Origin: Myxococcota bacterium
Lineage (GTDB): Bacteria; Myxococcota_A; UBA9160; UBA4427
Length of the DNA stretch: 37,003 nucleotides
Assembly: GCA_036336835.1 (NCBI GenBank)
Contig: JAYZFK010000092.1
Coordinates: 1 to 37,003 of the forward strand
Direction: 5' to 3'
Part shown: positions 27,461-36,379 of the stretch, piece after piece
Numbering within the stretch: position 1 is the stretch's first letter
Layout of the letters: each line of letters opens with the position of its first letter
Notes under the pieces: model-generated
Told to the model about the DNA's origin: nothing
The model's input: only the letters and a program-made list of their open reading frames with translations
The model's database searches: none
Made by a program: the position numbers and the translations under genes

Positions 27461-28540
27461 TCACGACTCCGCGCTACTGGCAGCTCCTCCGCTGCCGGCT
27501 GCCGACCGAGCCGAGCTCACGGGTTGGGCGAGTGCGCCGACGTGGTGTGCGCTCAGGTGGTCGTGTCGGTACATCCAGAGCATCTGCGCCTCGACCGTTT
27601 CCTCCAGCGGGCGCAGGGCCAGCCCGAGCTCGGCCAGTGTGTGAGATGAATCGCCGCGCAGGCAGGAGGTTGCGATCAGCATCGCCTCGCCCGATACCGC
27701 GCCCGGGTCGAAGCCGAAGTGCTCGCGCAGCACGTCGCACACCCGGCCCACCCAGCGCAGCAGCCCGGAGGGGACGGGCGCCTTGAGCAGTCGCTTGCCG
27801 CGGAGCCGCGAGATCAGCTCGCGCAGCTCGTCGTGCGAGCGGTAGTGGCCCGCGAGCATGTAGCGGCGCGGGCCGCGCCTGGGCTCCATCGCCCGGCTGA
27901 TCGCCTGCGCAACGTCGCGCACGTCGACGATCGGGATGCCGCCCTCGACCGAGAGGAAGTAGCCGCTCTTGACCATCGCGAAGATGGTGGTGATCTGGTC
28001 GCCGAGGGTGGGATTGTGCGGTCCCCAGACGGCGCCCGGATACAACGTCACGACCGGTGCACCCCGGGCCTGGAGGTCCCGCGCGATGCGCTCGGCCGCG
28101 GCCTTGCTGCGCCCGTACGGGTCCCGCGGTGTCGCGACGGGCAGCGCCGCGGTGAGCTCGCCGACGCCGGGCATCCACAGCGCCTGCGTGCTCGAGACCA
28201 TCACGATCGGGTCGAGCGCGCGCTCGTGCGCCTGCTCGAGCACGTTGCGGGTGCCCTCGATGTTGCTGTGCAGCATGTCGTCGACGCGCCTGCGGTCGAA
28301 GGTCAGCAGGGCAGCGGCGTGCAGCACTGCGTCACAGCCCTCGAGAGCCTTCGCGACGGCGGCGCGGTCCGTGATATCGCCGGGGACGATCTCGGGATCG
28401 CGCACGCCCAGCGTCGTCAGGATCGGCCCGACCCGGGCCGGCGTGCGGGCCAGCAGGCGCAGCCGGTGTCCGGCGCGCGCCAGCGCCGCAGCCGCGTGGC
28501 TTCCCACCATGCCCGTCCCACCTGTCACGAGAATCCGCAT
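27461..28540 (-). CDS. Extended SDR, NAD-dependent epimerase/dehydratase (DFR/3-beta-HSD-like)
   Basis: MRILVTGGTGMVG, GDITD, VLHAAA, NIEGT, YGRSK (YxxxK). Confidence 0.9.
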   Translation of the reverse strand: MRILVTGGTGMVGSHAAAALARAGHRLRLLARTPARVGPILTTLGVRDPEIVPGDITDRAAVAKALEGCDAVLHAAALLTFDRRRVDDMLHSNIEGTRNVLEQAHERALDPIVMVSSTQALWMPGVGELTAALPVATPRDPYGRSKAAAERIARDLQARGAPVVTLYPGAVWGPHNPTLGDQITTIFAMVKSGYFLSVEGGIPIVDVRDVAQAISRAMEPRRGPRRYMLAGHYRSHDELRELISRLRGKRLLKAPVPSGLLRWVGRVCDVLREHFGFDPGAVSGEAMLIATSCLRGDSSHTLAELGLALRPLEETVEAQMLWMYRHDHLSAHHVGALAQPVSSARSAAGSGGAASSAES

Positions 28541-28695
28541 CCACCCCCCGGCGCTGGTCGCGCGCGTCGCGCAGCGTATCCCGGCCGCGAGCGATCGGCT
28601 CGCGCCGACCGGACCGGATGGCGCCGCACGCCGCCCCGAGGCGAGCCTCGTGGGTAGCCGCGTCAGGGGCGAAGTCTCGCTGCAAAAACAGCGGT

Positions 28696-29235
28696 CTACC
28701 CTTGCCTGGCAAAGTGGTGCTTCAACAGTTCTGGCGCCAGCTCGGGGTACCGCTCGAGCCGGTGGAAGTCCGGGGCAGGGCCGGGCACGGGGACGAAGGC
28801 GAGATGGCGACGCCGCTCGCGCTGGCCGTGGATCGCGAAGGCGTTCAGTCGGGCAATGTCCGGCGGCACCAGCGCATCGGGGATCCGCGCGCGGCCGCGC
28901 CAGCGAGCGCCGTCGATCTCGGCCCGGAAGTCGATGGACAGTTCGTCTCGCACCACCTGGCGGACGCCGCGCAGCTCGAGCACCAGGTGGTGGCCGTGCG
29001 GGCCGAGCTCGACCTCCAGGTAGTGGTCGGGCGGTGCCAGCAGGAACAGCTCGACCACCTCGTACTGCCACAGTTCCGGCGTCGGTCCGGCTGGACCGGG
29101 CGGCGCCGGATCGTCATGGAACGCAGCTTCGAGCTCGAGCACCCAGTGGCCCGGCTCGCGCACGAGATCGAGCACGGCGCGCTCTTCGGGGCGCGCCGCG
29201 CCGCCGTCCCAGGTGCTCTGGATGGAGATACGCAC
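28696..29235 (-). CDS. UPF0462/C4orf33-like hypothetical protein
   Basis: TWDG, FHDDPAPP, LWQYEVVELF, YLEVELGPHGHHLVL, NAFAIHG, PDFHRLE match, in order, my recollection of animal C4orf33. Confidence 0.75.
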   Translation of the reverse strand: MRISIQSTWDGGAARPEERAVLDLVREPGHWVLELEAAFHDDPAPPGPAGPTPELWQYEVVELFLLAPPDHYLEVELGPHGHHLVLELRGVRQVVRDELSIDFRAEIDGARWRGRARIPDALVPPDIARLNAFAIHGQRERRRHLAFVPVPGPAPDFHRLERYPELAPELLKHHFARQG

Positions 29236-29480
29236 GCGCCCCGAAGGTAGAGCGGCAGCCGTCGCGCGGCCGGCGTGGACCGCGCGGTCGAAGCCATCGA
29301 GGGCGCGACCACCGGCTGGGGGGTCGATCCGTTCGTGCTCCCGGCCGACGGCGCGGGTGAGCCGTTTCGGGCGTGCCCGGCGCCCGATAGTCTCTCGGGA
29401 TGCCGGACGGACGGGCAGCGGCTGTCCGGCATCTCGCTCCTGGATGCCCGCCGCTCGCGGCGTGCGAGGCTTGAGATCGG

Positions 29481-30257
29481 ATGCCGCGAGTCGCCCTGTT
29501 CGTGCCTTGCTATGTCGACTACCTGGCTCCGCAGGTCGGGCTCGCCACCGCTGAGCTGCTCGAGGCCTACGGCTGCGAGGTCGACTTTCCGGAAGCGCAG
29601 GCCTGCTGCGGGCAGCCGATGGCGAACCTCGGATGTCATGCGGATGCCCGCCCGCTGGCGCTGCGCTTCGCGAAGGTGTTCGACGCCGAGCGCTACGACC
29701 ACGTGGTCGCGCCGTCGGGAAGCTGCGTCGCGATGGTGCGCCACCACTACGGCGAGCTGGCGCGGGGCGCGCGCGAACGCGAAGCGCTCATCGAGGTCGG
29801 CCGTCGCACCCGCGAGCTGTGCGAGTTCCTGGTGGACGTGCTCGAAGTGGAAGCGATCGACGGCCGCTATCCACACCGGGTGGGCCTGCACCACGGCTGC
29901 CACGGGCTGCGCGAGCTCGGGCTGGGCGGCCCGAGCGAGTGGGCGCCGTCGCCGCCCGACAAGGTCGGACGTCTGCTCGAGTCGATCGACGGGCTCGAGC
30001 TGATCGAGCTCGAGCGGCGCGACGAGTGCTGCGGCTTCGGCGGCAGCTTCGCCGTCTCCGAGGAAGCAGTCTCGCTGCGCATGGGCCGCGATCGGCTGGC
30101 GGACCACGCCCGCGGCGGAGCCGAGGTGATCGTCTCGACCGACGTCTCCTGCTCGCTGCACCTCGCGAGCGTCGCTCGAAGCGCCGGCAACACCACGCGC
30201 CTGCTGCACGTGGCCGAGCTGATGAACGAAGCGCGCAAAGCGCTGGCGACCCGATGA
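29481..30257 (+). CDS. lutA: L-lactate utilization protein A (CCG Fe-S protein, YkgE)
   Basis: LFVPCYVD, CCGQPMAN, SGSCVAM, HHGCHGLRELG, ECCGFGGSF. Confidence 0.9.
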   Translation: MPRVALFVPCYVDYLAPQVGLATAELLEAYGCEVDFPEAQACCGQPMANLGCHADARPLALRFAKVFDAERYDHVVAPSGSCVAMVRHHYGELARGAREREALIEVGRRTRELCEFLVDVLEVEAIDGRYPHRVGLHHGCHGLRELGLGGPSEWAPSPPDKVGRLLESIDGLELIELERRDECCGFGGSFAVSEEAVSLRMGRDRLADHARGGAEVIVSTDVSCSLHLASVARSAGNTTRLLHVAELMNEARKALATR

Positions 30258-31615
30258 GTCATCCGGAGCGCGCACGCGAGTTCGCGCGCGACCCGGAGCG
30301 CGTGGCCTGGCACGACGGGGCCGTGTGGTCGGTGCGCACCCGACGCGATGCCGCAGCGGCCGGGGTGGCGGACTGGGAGGCGCTGCGCGAGACGGCAGCT
30401 CGCATCCGGGCACACACGCTGTCGCGGCTGCCGGACTACCTCGAGCAGCTCGAGGACCGCGCCAGCCTGGTCGGCGTGACGGTTCACTGGGCGGCGGATG
30501 CGGCCGAGCACAACGAGATCGTGCACGGGATCCTGTACGACCACGGTGTCACACGCGTCGTCAAGAGCAAGTCGATGCTCACCGAGGAGTGCGAGCTCAA
30601 TCCGCACCTCGAGGCGCACGGGATCGAGGTCGTCGATACCGATCTCGGCGAGCGCATCGTCCAGCTGAGGGGCGAGCCGCCGAGTCACATCGTGATGCCC
30701 GCGATTCACCTTCGGCGCGAAGAGGTCGGCGAGCTGTTCCACCAGCGCCTCGGCGCGCCCGCCGGTCTCAGCGCGCCGGAGCCGCTGGTCGAGATCGCGC
30801 GCGAGCGTCTGCGTGCCCAGTTCCTCGAGGCGCAGGCCGGGATCACGGGCGTGAACTTCGCGGTCGCCGAGACCGGCGGGCTCGTCGTCGTGACCAACGA
30901 GGGCAACGCCGACCTCGGCACCGCGCTGCCGCCGCTCCACATCGCCTGTATGGGGGTCGAGAAGGTGATCCCGCGCACGCGCGACCTCGGGGTCTTCCTG
31001 CGTCTGCTGGCGCGCTCGGCCACCGGGCAGCCGATCTCGAGCTACACGTCCCACTTCCACGGGCCCCGCCCGGGCGGGGCGCTGCACCTGGTGATGGTCG
31101 ACAACGGGCGCAGCCGGCTGTTGGGTCGCGAGTCGCTGCGTCCGTCGCTTGCGTGTATCCGCTGCGGCGCGTGTCTCAACACCTGCCCGGTGTATCGCCG
31201 CAGCGGCGGCCACAGCTACGCGACACCGGTCGCGGGCCCGATCGGCTCCGTGCTGTCGGCCGCGCGCGACATCGAGGCGCACGCCAGCCTGCCGAGCGCC
31301 TGCAGCTTGTGTGGCTCGTGCGCTGCGGTCTGCCCGGTCAAGATCGAGCTCCCCGGCATGCTGCGGACGCTGCGGGTCGATGCAGTGGCGGCCGGGGCGA
31401 TCGAGCCCGGCATGCGCTGGGCGGCGCGGCTGGGGAGCCAGCTGTTGCGCCGGCCGCGGATGCTGGCGCTCGCGGTGCGTCTGGGCCGCCGCTGGCTGCC
31501 ACGCCTGGCGAGCCGCTGGCTCGCCGACGATTCGATCGCCGGGCAGCGCGAGCTCCCCGAGCTCGCGGCACGATCCTTCCGCGAGCAGTGGAGGGCCCGC
31601 GATGCCGAGGACTAG
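30254..31615 (+). CDS. lutB: L-lactate utilization protein B (Fe-S protein, YkgF)
   Basis: VKSKSMLTEE, TDLGE, PSHIVMPAIH, TNEGN, RSATGQ, CIRCGACLNTCPVY, CSLCGSCAAVCPVKI. ATGA overlap with lutA. Confidence 0.93.
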   Translation: MSHPERAREFARDPERVAWHDGAVWSVRTRRDAAAAGVADWEALRETAARIRAHTLSRLPDYLEQLEDRASLVGVTVHWAADAAEHNEIVHGILYDHGVTRVVKSKSMLTEECELNPHLEAHGIEVVDTDLGERIVQLRGEPPSHIVMPAIHLRREEVGELFHQRLGAPAGLSAPEPLVEIARERLRAQFLEAQAGITGVNFAVAETGGLVVVTNEGNADLGTALPPLHIACMGVEKVIPRTRDLGVFLRLLARSATGQPISSYTSHFHGPRPGGALHLVMVDNGRSRLLGRESLRPSLACIRCGACLNTCPVYRRSGGHSYATPVAGPIGSVLSAARDIEAHASLPSACSLCGSCAAVCPVKIELPGMLRTLRVDAVAAGAIEPGMRWAARLGSQLLRRPRMLALAVRLGRRWLPRLASRWLADDSIAGQRELPELAARSFREQWRARDAED

Positions 31616-32216
31616 AGGCGGCAGTCGGCGTCGCGTGCTCTCCGCGCTGCGGCGCAGCGCGCCCGTGCCCGTGCCGCTGCCCGAAGTGACTGCGGGCGAA
31701 CCCACCGGCGGCGTAGACCAGCTGCGCCACTGGCTCGAGGTCGCGGGCGCGCAGCTGGAGCGGCTGCCCGACGAGCGCGCGCTCGGCCCGTGGCTGGCGG
31801 ACTACCCGCCGTTCGCGTCGGCGCGCCGCATCGTGTCGACGCTTCCGGGCATCCCGGGGGCGGAGCACGCGACTGCCGCGGTCGGCGATCCGCACGCTTG
31901 TGCGGACGTCGATCTCGCGATCGCGCGCGGTGAGTTCGCGGTGGCCGAGAACGGCGCGATCTGGCTGAGCGACGCCGAGGTGCCACACCGCTCGCTGTAT
32001 TTCTTGGCGCAGCACCTCGTGCTCGTGGTCGAGGCCAGCGAGATCGTCGGCGATCTCCACGCGGCGTACGCCCGGATCGAGCGCGCGCCCGAGCCAATCG
32101 GCGCGCGCCCGTGGCGCGGCTTCATCGCGGGCCCCTCGAAGACTGCCGATATCGAGCAGGCTCTGGTGGTCGGCGCCCACGGGCCTCGTTCGCTGCTGGT
32201 GGCGCTGGTCGGTTAG
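31602..32216 (+). CDS. lutC: L-lactate utilization protein C (LUD domain, YkgG)
   Basis: AVAENGAIW, FIAGPSKTADIEQALVVGAHGP. Third gene of the operon. Confidence 0.9.
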   Translation: MPRTRGGSRRRVLSALRRSAPVPVPLPEVTAGEPTGGVDQLRHWLEVAGAQLERLPDERALGPWLADYPPFASARRIVSTLPGIPGAEHATAAVGDPHACADVDLAIARGEFAVAENGAIWLSDAEVPHRSLYFLAQHLVLVVEASEIVGDLHAAYARIERAPEPIGARPWRGFIAGPSKTADIEQALVVGAHGPRSLLVALVG

Positions 32217-32277
32217 CCAGCCGGCGAGCAGCGATCCGTTGCACCCGATGAGCCGCGGCGTCGGGCACAATGGCCCC

Positions 32278-33084
32278 GTGCCCCGGATGCATCTCTTCGA
32301 GCTCGAGGACCAGGCCTGGTTTCCAGCGCTCATCCGCGACGCCGGCACTGCCTATCTGGGGCTGGTGGTGCGGCTCATGGGGCAGGCGCGTCCACTCGTG
32401 CCGAAGCTGCGCGAGGCGCTCGAGCGCAGCGGCGAGTGCCACATCGTCGACCTGTGCTCCGGCAGCGCCGGTCCGCTTCCGGGCGTGCTCGAGGAGCTGA
32501 CGGCCCAGGGCCTCGAGGTGACCGCCACGCTGACCGACGTCTACCCGAACCTCGCCAGCTTGGAGCGGGCCTGCGCGGGCTCGGAGGGGCGGTTCAATTT
32601 CGTTCGCGAGCCGGTCGACGCCTGCGACGTTCCGAAGTCGCTGTCCGGTCTGCGTACGCTGTTCAACGCGCTGCACCACTTCCGCCCGGCGGCGGCGCGC
32701 TCGATCCTGCAGAGCGCGGTCGACGATGGGCAGCCGATTGGCGTGTTCGAGATCGTCGGCCGCCATCCGCTGCAGCTGTTCGGCATGCTGTTCGTCGCGC
32801 TGCCGGTGATGCTCTGTGTTCCGTTCCTGCGTCCCTTTCGCTGGAGCTGGCTCCTGCTCACCTACGTGATCCCGGTGATCCCGCTGTTCGTGATGTGGGA
32901 CGGTCTGGTGTCGTGTCTGCGCGTCTACTCGCCAGGCGAGCTGCACGAGCTGCTCGCGGGGCTCGAGGGGGCTGAGCGCTTCGAGTGGGAGATCGGCCGG
33001 ATCGGGTTGCCACCGGGTCCGCTGCAGGCGACCTATTTGATCGGAACCCCGCGCCGAGTGGCCGCCGCCCGAGCCGCGGGCTAA
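32278..33084 (+). CDS. Class I SAM-dependent methyltransferase-like protein
   Basis: HLFELEDQ.WFP..IRD, IVDLCSGSAGP (motif I), TLTDVYPN, PVDA, FNALHHF, WDGLVSCLR. Confidence 0.8.
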   Translation: MPRMHLFELEDQAWFPALIRDAGTAYLGLVVRLMGQARPLVPKLREALERSGECHIVDLCSGSAGPLPGVLEELTAQGLEVTATLTDVYPNLASLERACAGSEGRFNFVREPVDACDVPKSLSGLRTLFNALHHFRPAAARSILQSAVDDGQPIGVFEIVGRHPLQLFGMLFVALPVMLCVPFLRPFRWSWLLLTYVIPVIPLFVMWDGLVSCLRVYSPGELHELLAGLEGAERFEWEIGRIGLPPGPLQATYLIGTPRRVAAARAAG

Positions 33085-33097
33085 AGCGGGGACGAGC

Positions 33098-33820
33098 ATG
33101 CTGCGATCGGTCGCCGACGGGATCTGGTTGATGGACCATCCACTGCGCATGCCGGGCGGCATCGAGATCGGCACCCGCAGCACGCTCGTGCGACTGCCCG
33201 ACGACAGCCTGCTCCTCCACTCGCCCGGACCGATGAGTGAGTCGCAGCGCGAGCAGGTGCACGCGCTCGGGAAGGGGAGGGTGAGCACGCTCGTCGCGCC
33301 CAACGCTTTCCACCACCTGTTCCTGGAGGACGCACTGCGCGCTTTCCCAGAGGCGAGTCTGCACGCGGTCCCGCGCGTCCAGGCCCGCTACCCGGCCCTT
33401 TGCGCCCAGCCGCTCGGCGAGACGCCGGCCCCGGTCTGGCGCGGCGCACTCGAGCAGATCGTGATCGACGGTGCACCGCGGCTCGAAGAGGTGGTGTTCT
33501 TCCATCGCGCGAGTCGCACGCTGCTGCTGGTCGATCTGTGCTTCAACATGCGCCGAGCGGCCAACTGGCTCACACGCGTCTTCCTCCACATCGCGGACGC
33601 CTACGGCCACTTCGGCCCCAGCCGGCTGGCCCGCTCGATGATCAAGGACAAGGCCGCCCTGCGCGCCTCCGTCGACCGCATCCTCGAGTGGGACTTCGAT
33701 CGCGCCGTGGTCACCCACGGCGACGTGGTCGAGACGGGAGCGCGGGAAGCGCTGCGCAGCGCCTTTGCCTGGCTCCCGGCACCCTCCAGCGCGACCGCTA
33801 GCGGGTCCGCGGCGGAGTAG
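33098..33820 (+). CDS. DUF4336 domain protein (MBL-like fold)
   Basis: R..LVRL.D.SLLLHSP, APNAFHHLF, EVVFFHRASRTLLLVDL, WDFDRAVVTHG. Confidence 0.85.
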   Translation: MLRSVADGIWLMDHPLRMPGGIEIGTRSTLVRLPDDSLLLHSPGPMSESQREQVHALGKGRVSTLVAPNAFHHLFLEDALRAFPEASLHAVPRVQARYPALCAQPLGETPAPVWRGALEQIVIDGAPRLEEVVFFHRASRTLLLVDLCFNMRRAANWLTRVFLHIADAYGHFGPSRLARSMIKDKAALRASVDRILEWDFDRAVVTHGDVVETGAREALRSAFAWLPAPSSATASGSAAE

Positions 33821-33847
33821 CGGAGCGGCGGGAGGCGCAGCGGTCGA

Positions 33848-34642
33848 TCACGCGACGCCGGCCGCGGCAGGCGTCACCAGCTGCGGCAGGACCTCGCCGA
33901 TCTGACCGCGCAGGCAGGCGTCGGCGATGTCGTCCATCTCGGTCGGCTGCGCGTTCAGGATCACGATGCGCGCGCCATTCTTGTGGGCTTCGGGGACGAT
34001 GCCCGCGATCGGGTAGACGGACAGTGTCGAGCCGACTGCGAGCATCAGGTCGCAGCCGCCGGCCGCATCGAAGGCGCGCTCCAGGTCGTGGGTCACCAGC
34101 GACTGGCCGAACGAGATGGTCGCCGTCTTCAGGATGCCGCCGCAGTCGAGGCAGGCCGGATCGAGGTCCCCCGCGCGCACGCGTTCGAGCACGCGCTCGA
34201 TCGGCCCGCGTTGCTCGCAGCGCATGCAGATGGAGTGCTGCATGGTGCCGTGGATCTCGACCATGAGATCGCCGCTCGTCCCCGCCTTCTGGTGCAGGCC
34301 ATCGACGTTCTGCGTGACCAGCGTGTGGAGCTTGCCGCGGCGCTCGAGCTCGACGAGTGCCGCGTGGCCTGCGTTCGGCTCGGCGCGCCAGTTGTTCGGG
34401 GCCAGCCGGTGCTGCCAGCTGCGCTGGCGCACCTCGCGGTCGGACATGAAGTTCTGGATCGTCGCCTGCTTCTCGGCCTCGGGATTCTTGGTCCACACGC
34501 CGTCCGGGCCGCGGAAGTCCGGGATGCCCGATTCGGTCGAGATGCCCGCGCCGGTCAGCACCACGATGCGCTGCGCGGCGTCGATCCACTGGCGCACGGT
34601 TGCGATCGCGTTCTCGAGGTCGCCGGTCCGTTCGTCGTCCAT
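33848..34642 (-). CDS. cobB: NAD-dependent protein deacylase (Sir2/CobB family)
   Basis: GAGISTESGIPDFRG, TQNVDGLH, EIHG, CMRC...CLDC Zn ribbon, GSTLSVYP. Confidence 0.92.
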   Translation of the reverse strand: MDDERTGDLENAIATVRQWIDAAQRIVVLTGAGISTESGIPDFRGPDGVWTKNPEAEKQATIQNFMSDREVRQRSWQHRLAPNNWRAEPNAGHAALVELERRGKLHTLVTQNVDGLHQKAGTSGDLMVEIHGTMQHSICMRCEQRGPIERVLERVRAGDLDPACLDCGGILKTATISFGQSLVTHDLERAFDAAGGCDLMLAVGSTLSVYPIAGIVPEAHKNGARIVILNAQPTEMDDIADACLRGQIGEVLPQLVTPAAAGVA

Positions 34643-34704
34643 GGCTGCATTACCGCATGGGCACTGCGCGCCGGCAAGCGCAGGCGCGCAGTGGGCGGTG
34701 GGGC

Positions 34705-35442
34705 TCACTTCCAGCCGCTTCCCGCGCCCCCGCCCCTGGCAAATGGGCCCACCGGCCAGTTGAAGCAGTCCACCATCAGCTGGTTGACCTGCTCGCGGCT
34801 GGCCACGCCCTCCTCGACCACGCGCGCCGCCTCGCGCAGCATCGCGCCGTAGACCCGGTTGGCCACGAAGCCCCAGACCATCGGGTTGTCCTTCACCACC
34901 ACGGGATGCTTGCCGCAGGCCTCGGCGGTCTCGCTCACGAGCCGGGTCGTCGCGTCGCTGGTCTCGTCGGTCACGATGATCTCGGCGAGCTTCATCACCA
35001 CCGGCGGCGAGGCCCAGTGCCAGCCGATCACCTGCGCGGGCCGGCCCGTCGCGGCGGCCAGCGCGGCGATCGGAAAGCCGGATGTGTTCGAGGCCAGTAC
35101 GGTCGATTCTGGTGCAACATCATCGAGTTGGCGGATAAGTCTTACCTTCAGGTCGAGCTTTTCCGGGACGCACTCGACGACCAGGTCCGCGGCGGCCGCG
35201 GCGCCGAACTCGGAAGTGAACGCGAGGCGCGCGTGGGCCGCCTCGGCGGCCTCCCGGCTGAGCTTGCCGCGCTCGACCGCGCGCTCGAAGCCGAATCTTC
35301 CGCTCACGACGGCGGCGCGCGCCTTGTCGAGCGCCTCGGCCGAGACGTCGCAGCACACGGTCTCGAAGCCCGCGGTGGCCGTGCTCTGGGCGATTCCGCT
35401 GCCCATCACCCCGGCGCCGATCACCCCGATTCGAATCGTCAC
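34705..35442 (-). CDS. 3-hydroxyacyl-CoA dehydrogenase family protein (short form)
   Basis: IGVIGAGVMGSGIA, ECVPEKLDLK, SNTS, HWASPP, GFVANR. AGGAGG precedes GTG 35442. Confidence 0.9.
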   Translation of the reverse strand: MTIRIGVIGAGVMGSGIAQSTATAGFETVCCDVSAEALDKARAAVVSGRFGFERAVERGKLSREAAEAAHARLAFTSEFGAAAAADLVVECVPEKLDLKVRLIRQLDDVAPESTVLASNTSGFPIAALAAATGRPAQVIGWHWASPPVVMKLAEIIVTDETSDATTRLVSETAEACGKHPVVVKDNPMVWGFVANRVYGAMLREAARVVEEGVASREQVNQLMVDCFNWPVGPFARGGGAGSGWK

Positions 35443-35570
35443 GTTTTCCTCCTGTGGCTTCAGCCGGCCCCGGTCGGCCGGGCGCAGCAGTCTACCCGCT
35501 GTCGGGGCGCTCAGGCGGTCCACCGCCGGGGGGGCTCAACAGCCAGCGGAAGCTCGCCGATCGGTGAGGG

Positions 35571-35906
35571 ATGCCGACCCGGAGCCGACGCCAGTTCGCG
35601 CGTCTCAAGTACCGCCTCGCCTGCGAGCTGTACCACGGCCGGCACAAGACCTCCGGCCTGATCCTCGACGTGTCTGCCCGCGGGCTGTTCGTTCGCACCA
35701 GCAGCGCGACGCTTCCGCGGGAGCCCGGCATGGAGGTGCGCGTGGTGGTGAAGGCCGTCGGGCGCGAGCCGCTCGAGCTGATGACGCGCCTGGCGCGCGC
35801 GAAGCGGGTGCGCCGCGAGCTCGCGAGCATCGCCGACGGTGGCTTCGGGCTCGAGATCACCTCGGCGCCGGAGGGCTTCTACGAGCTGGTCCAGTCGCTC
35901 TCCTGA
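35571..35906 (+). CDS. Stand-alone PilZ domain protein (c-di-GMP receptor)
   Basis: RRQFAR (RxxxR) and DVSARG (DxSxxG) signatures; GFGLEI. Confidence 0.8.
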   Translation: MPTRSRRQFARLKYRLACELYHGRHKTSGLILDVSARGLFVRTSSATLPREPGMEVRVVVKAVGREPLELMTRLARAKRVRRELASIADGGFGLEITSAPEGFYELVQSLS

Positions 35907-35969
35907 CCGGGCACGGCCCGGCTGGTAGTCTGCCGCTCGCCGGCGGTCGCATCGTCGCGGGGAGATGTC

Positions 35970-36362
35970 GTGGTGGAGCGCGAGTTCGAGGCAGCCGTCG
36001 ACGCTGTGTGCGCGAAGCAGGGCTGGACGCGGGACCGGGACACGATCGAGGTTCCGCTCGAGCAGGGCCGCAAGCAACGCGTCGAGTTCGAGCCCTTCGA
36101 CTTCGAAGGACAGGCGTTGGTGCGAGTCGTCTCGGGCATCGGCGACACCGAGCACATCGAGACGTTGCGCCTGATCAGCGCCCTGCGGCTCAACTACGGG
36201 CTGCCGCACGGTGCGCTCGCGCTGCGCGGGGAGCAGCTGGTGGTGGTCGACACGCTGATGGCGGACGACCCCGATGCCGATGAGATCGAGTCGGTCGTGC
36301 TCTATCTCGCAGAGACCGCCGACCAGTTCGAGCGCACGCTGTTTGGCACCGACGAGCTGTAG
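35970..36362 (+). CDS. YbjN / CesT-like chaperone-fold protein
   Basis: LRLNYGLPHGALAL and LAETADQFERTLFGTDE are typical of the YbjN/T3SS-chaperone fold. Confidence 0.6.
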   Translation: MVEREFEAAVDAVCAKQGWTRDRDTIEVPLEQGRKQRVEFEPFDFEGQALVRVVSGIGDTEHIETLRLISALRLNYGLPHGALALRGEQLVVVDTLMADDPDADEIESVVLYLAETADQFERTLFGTDEL

Positions 36363-36379
36363 CGCGCCGCCCGCTCGGC

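Noticed and set aside
29275..29400. Short codon-like stretch (VDRAVEAIEGATTGWGVDPFVLPADGAG) before lutA
   Set aside because: Too short, no RBS and no recognisable family; cannot be distinguished from chance without a search.
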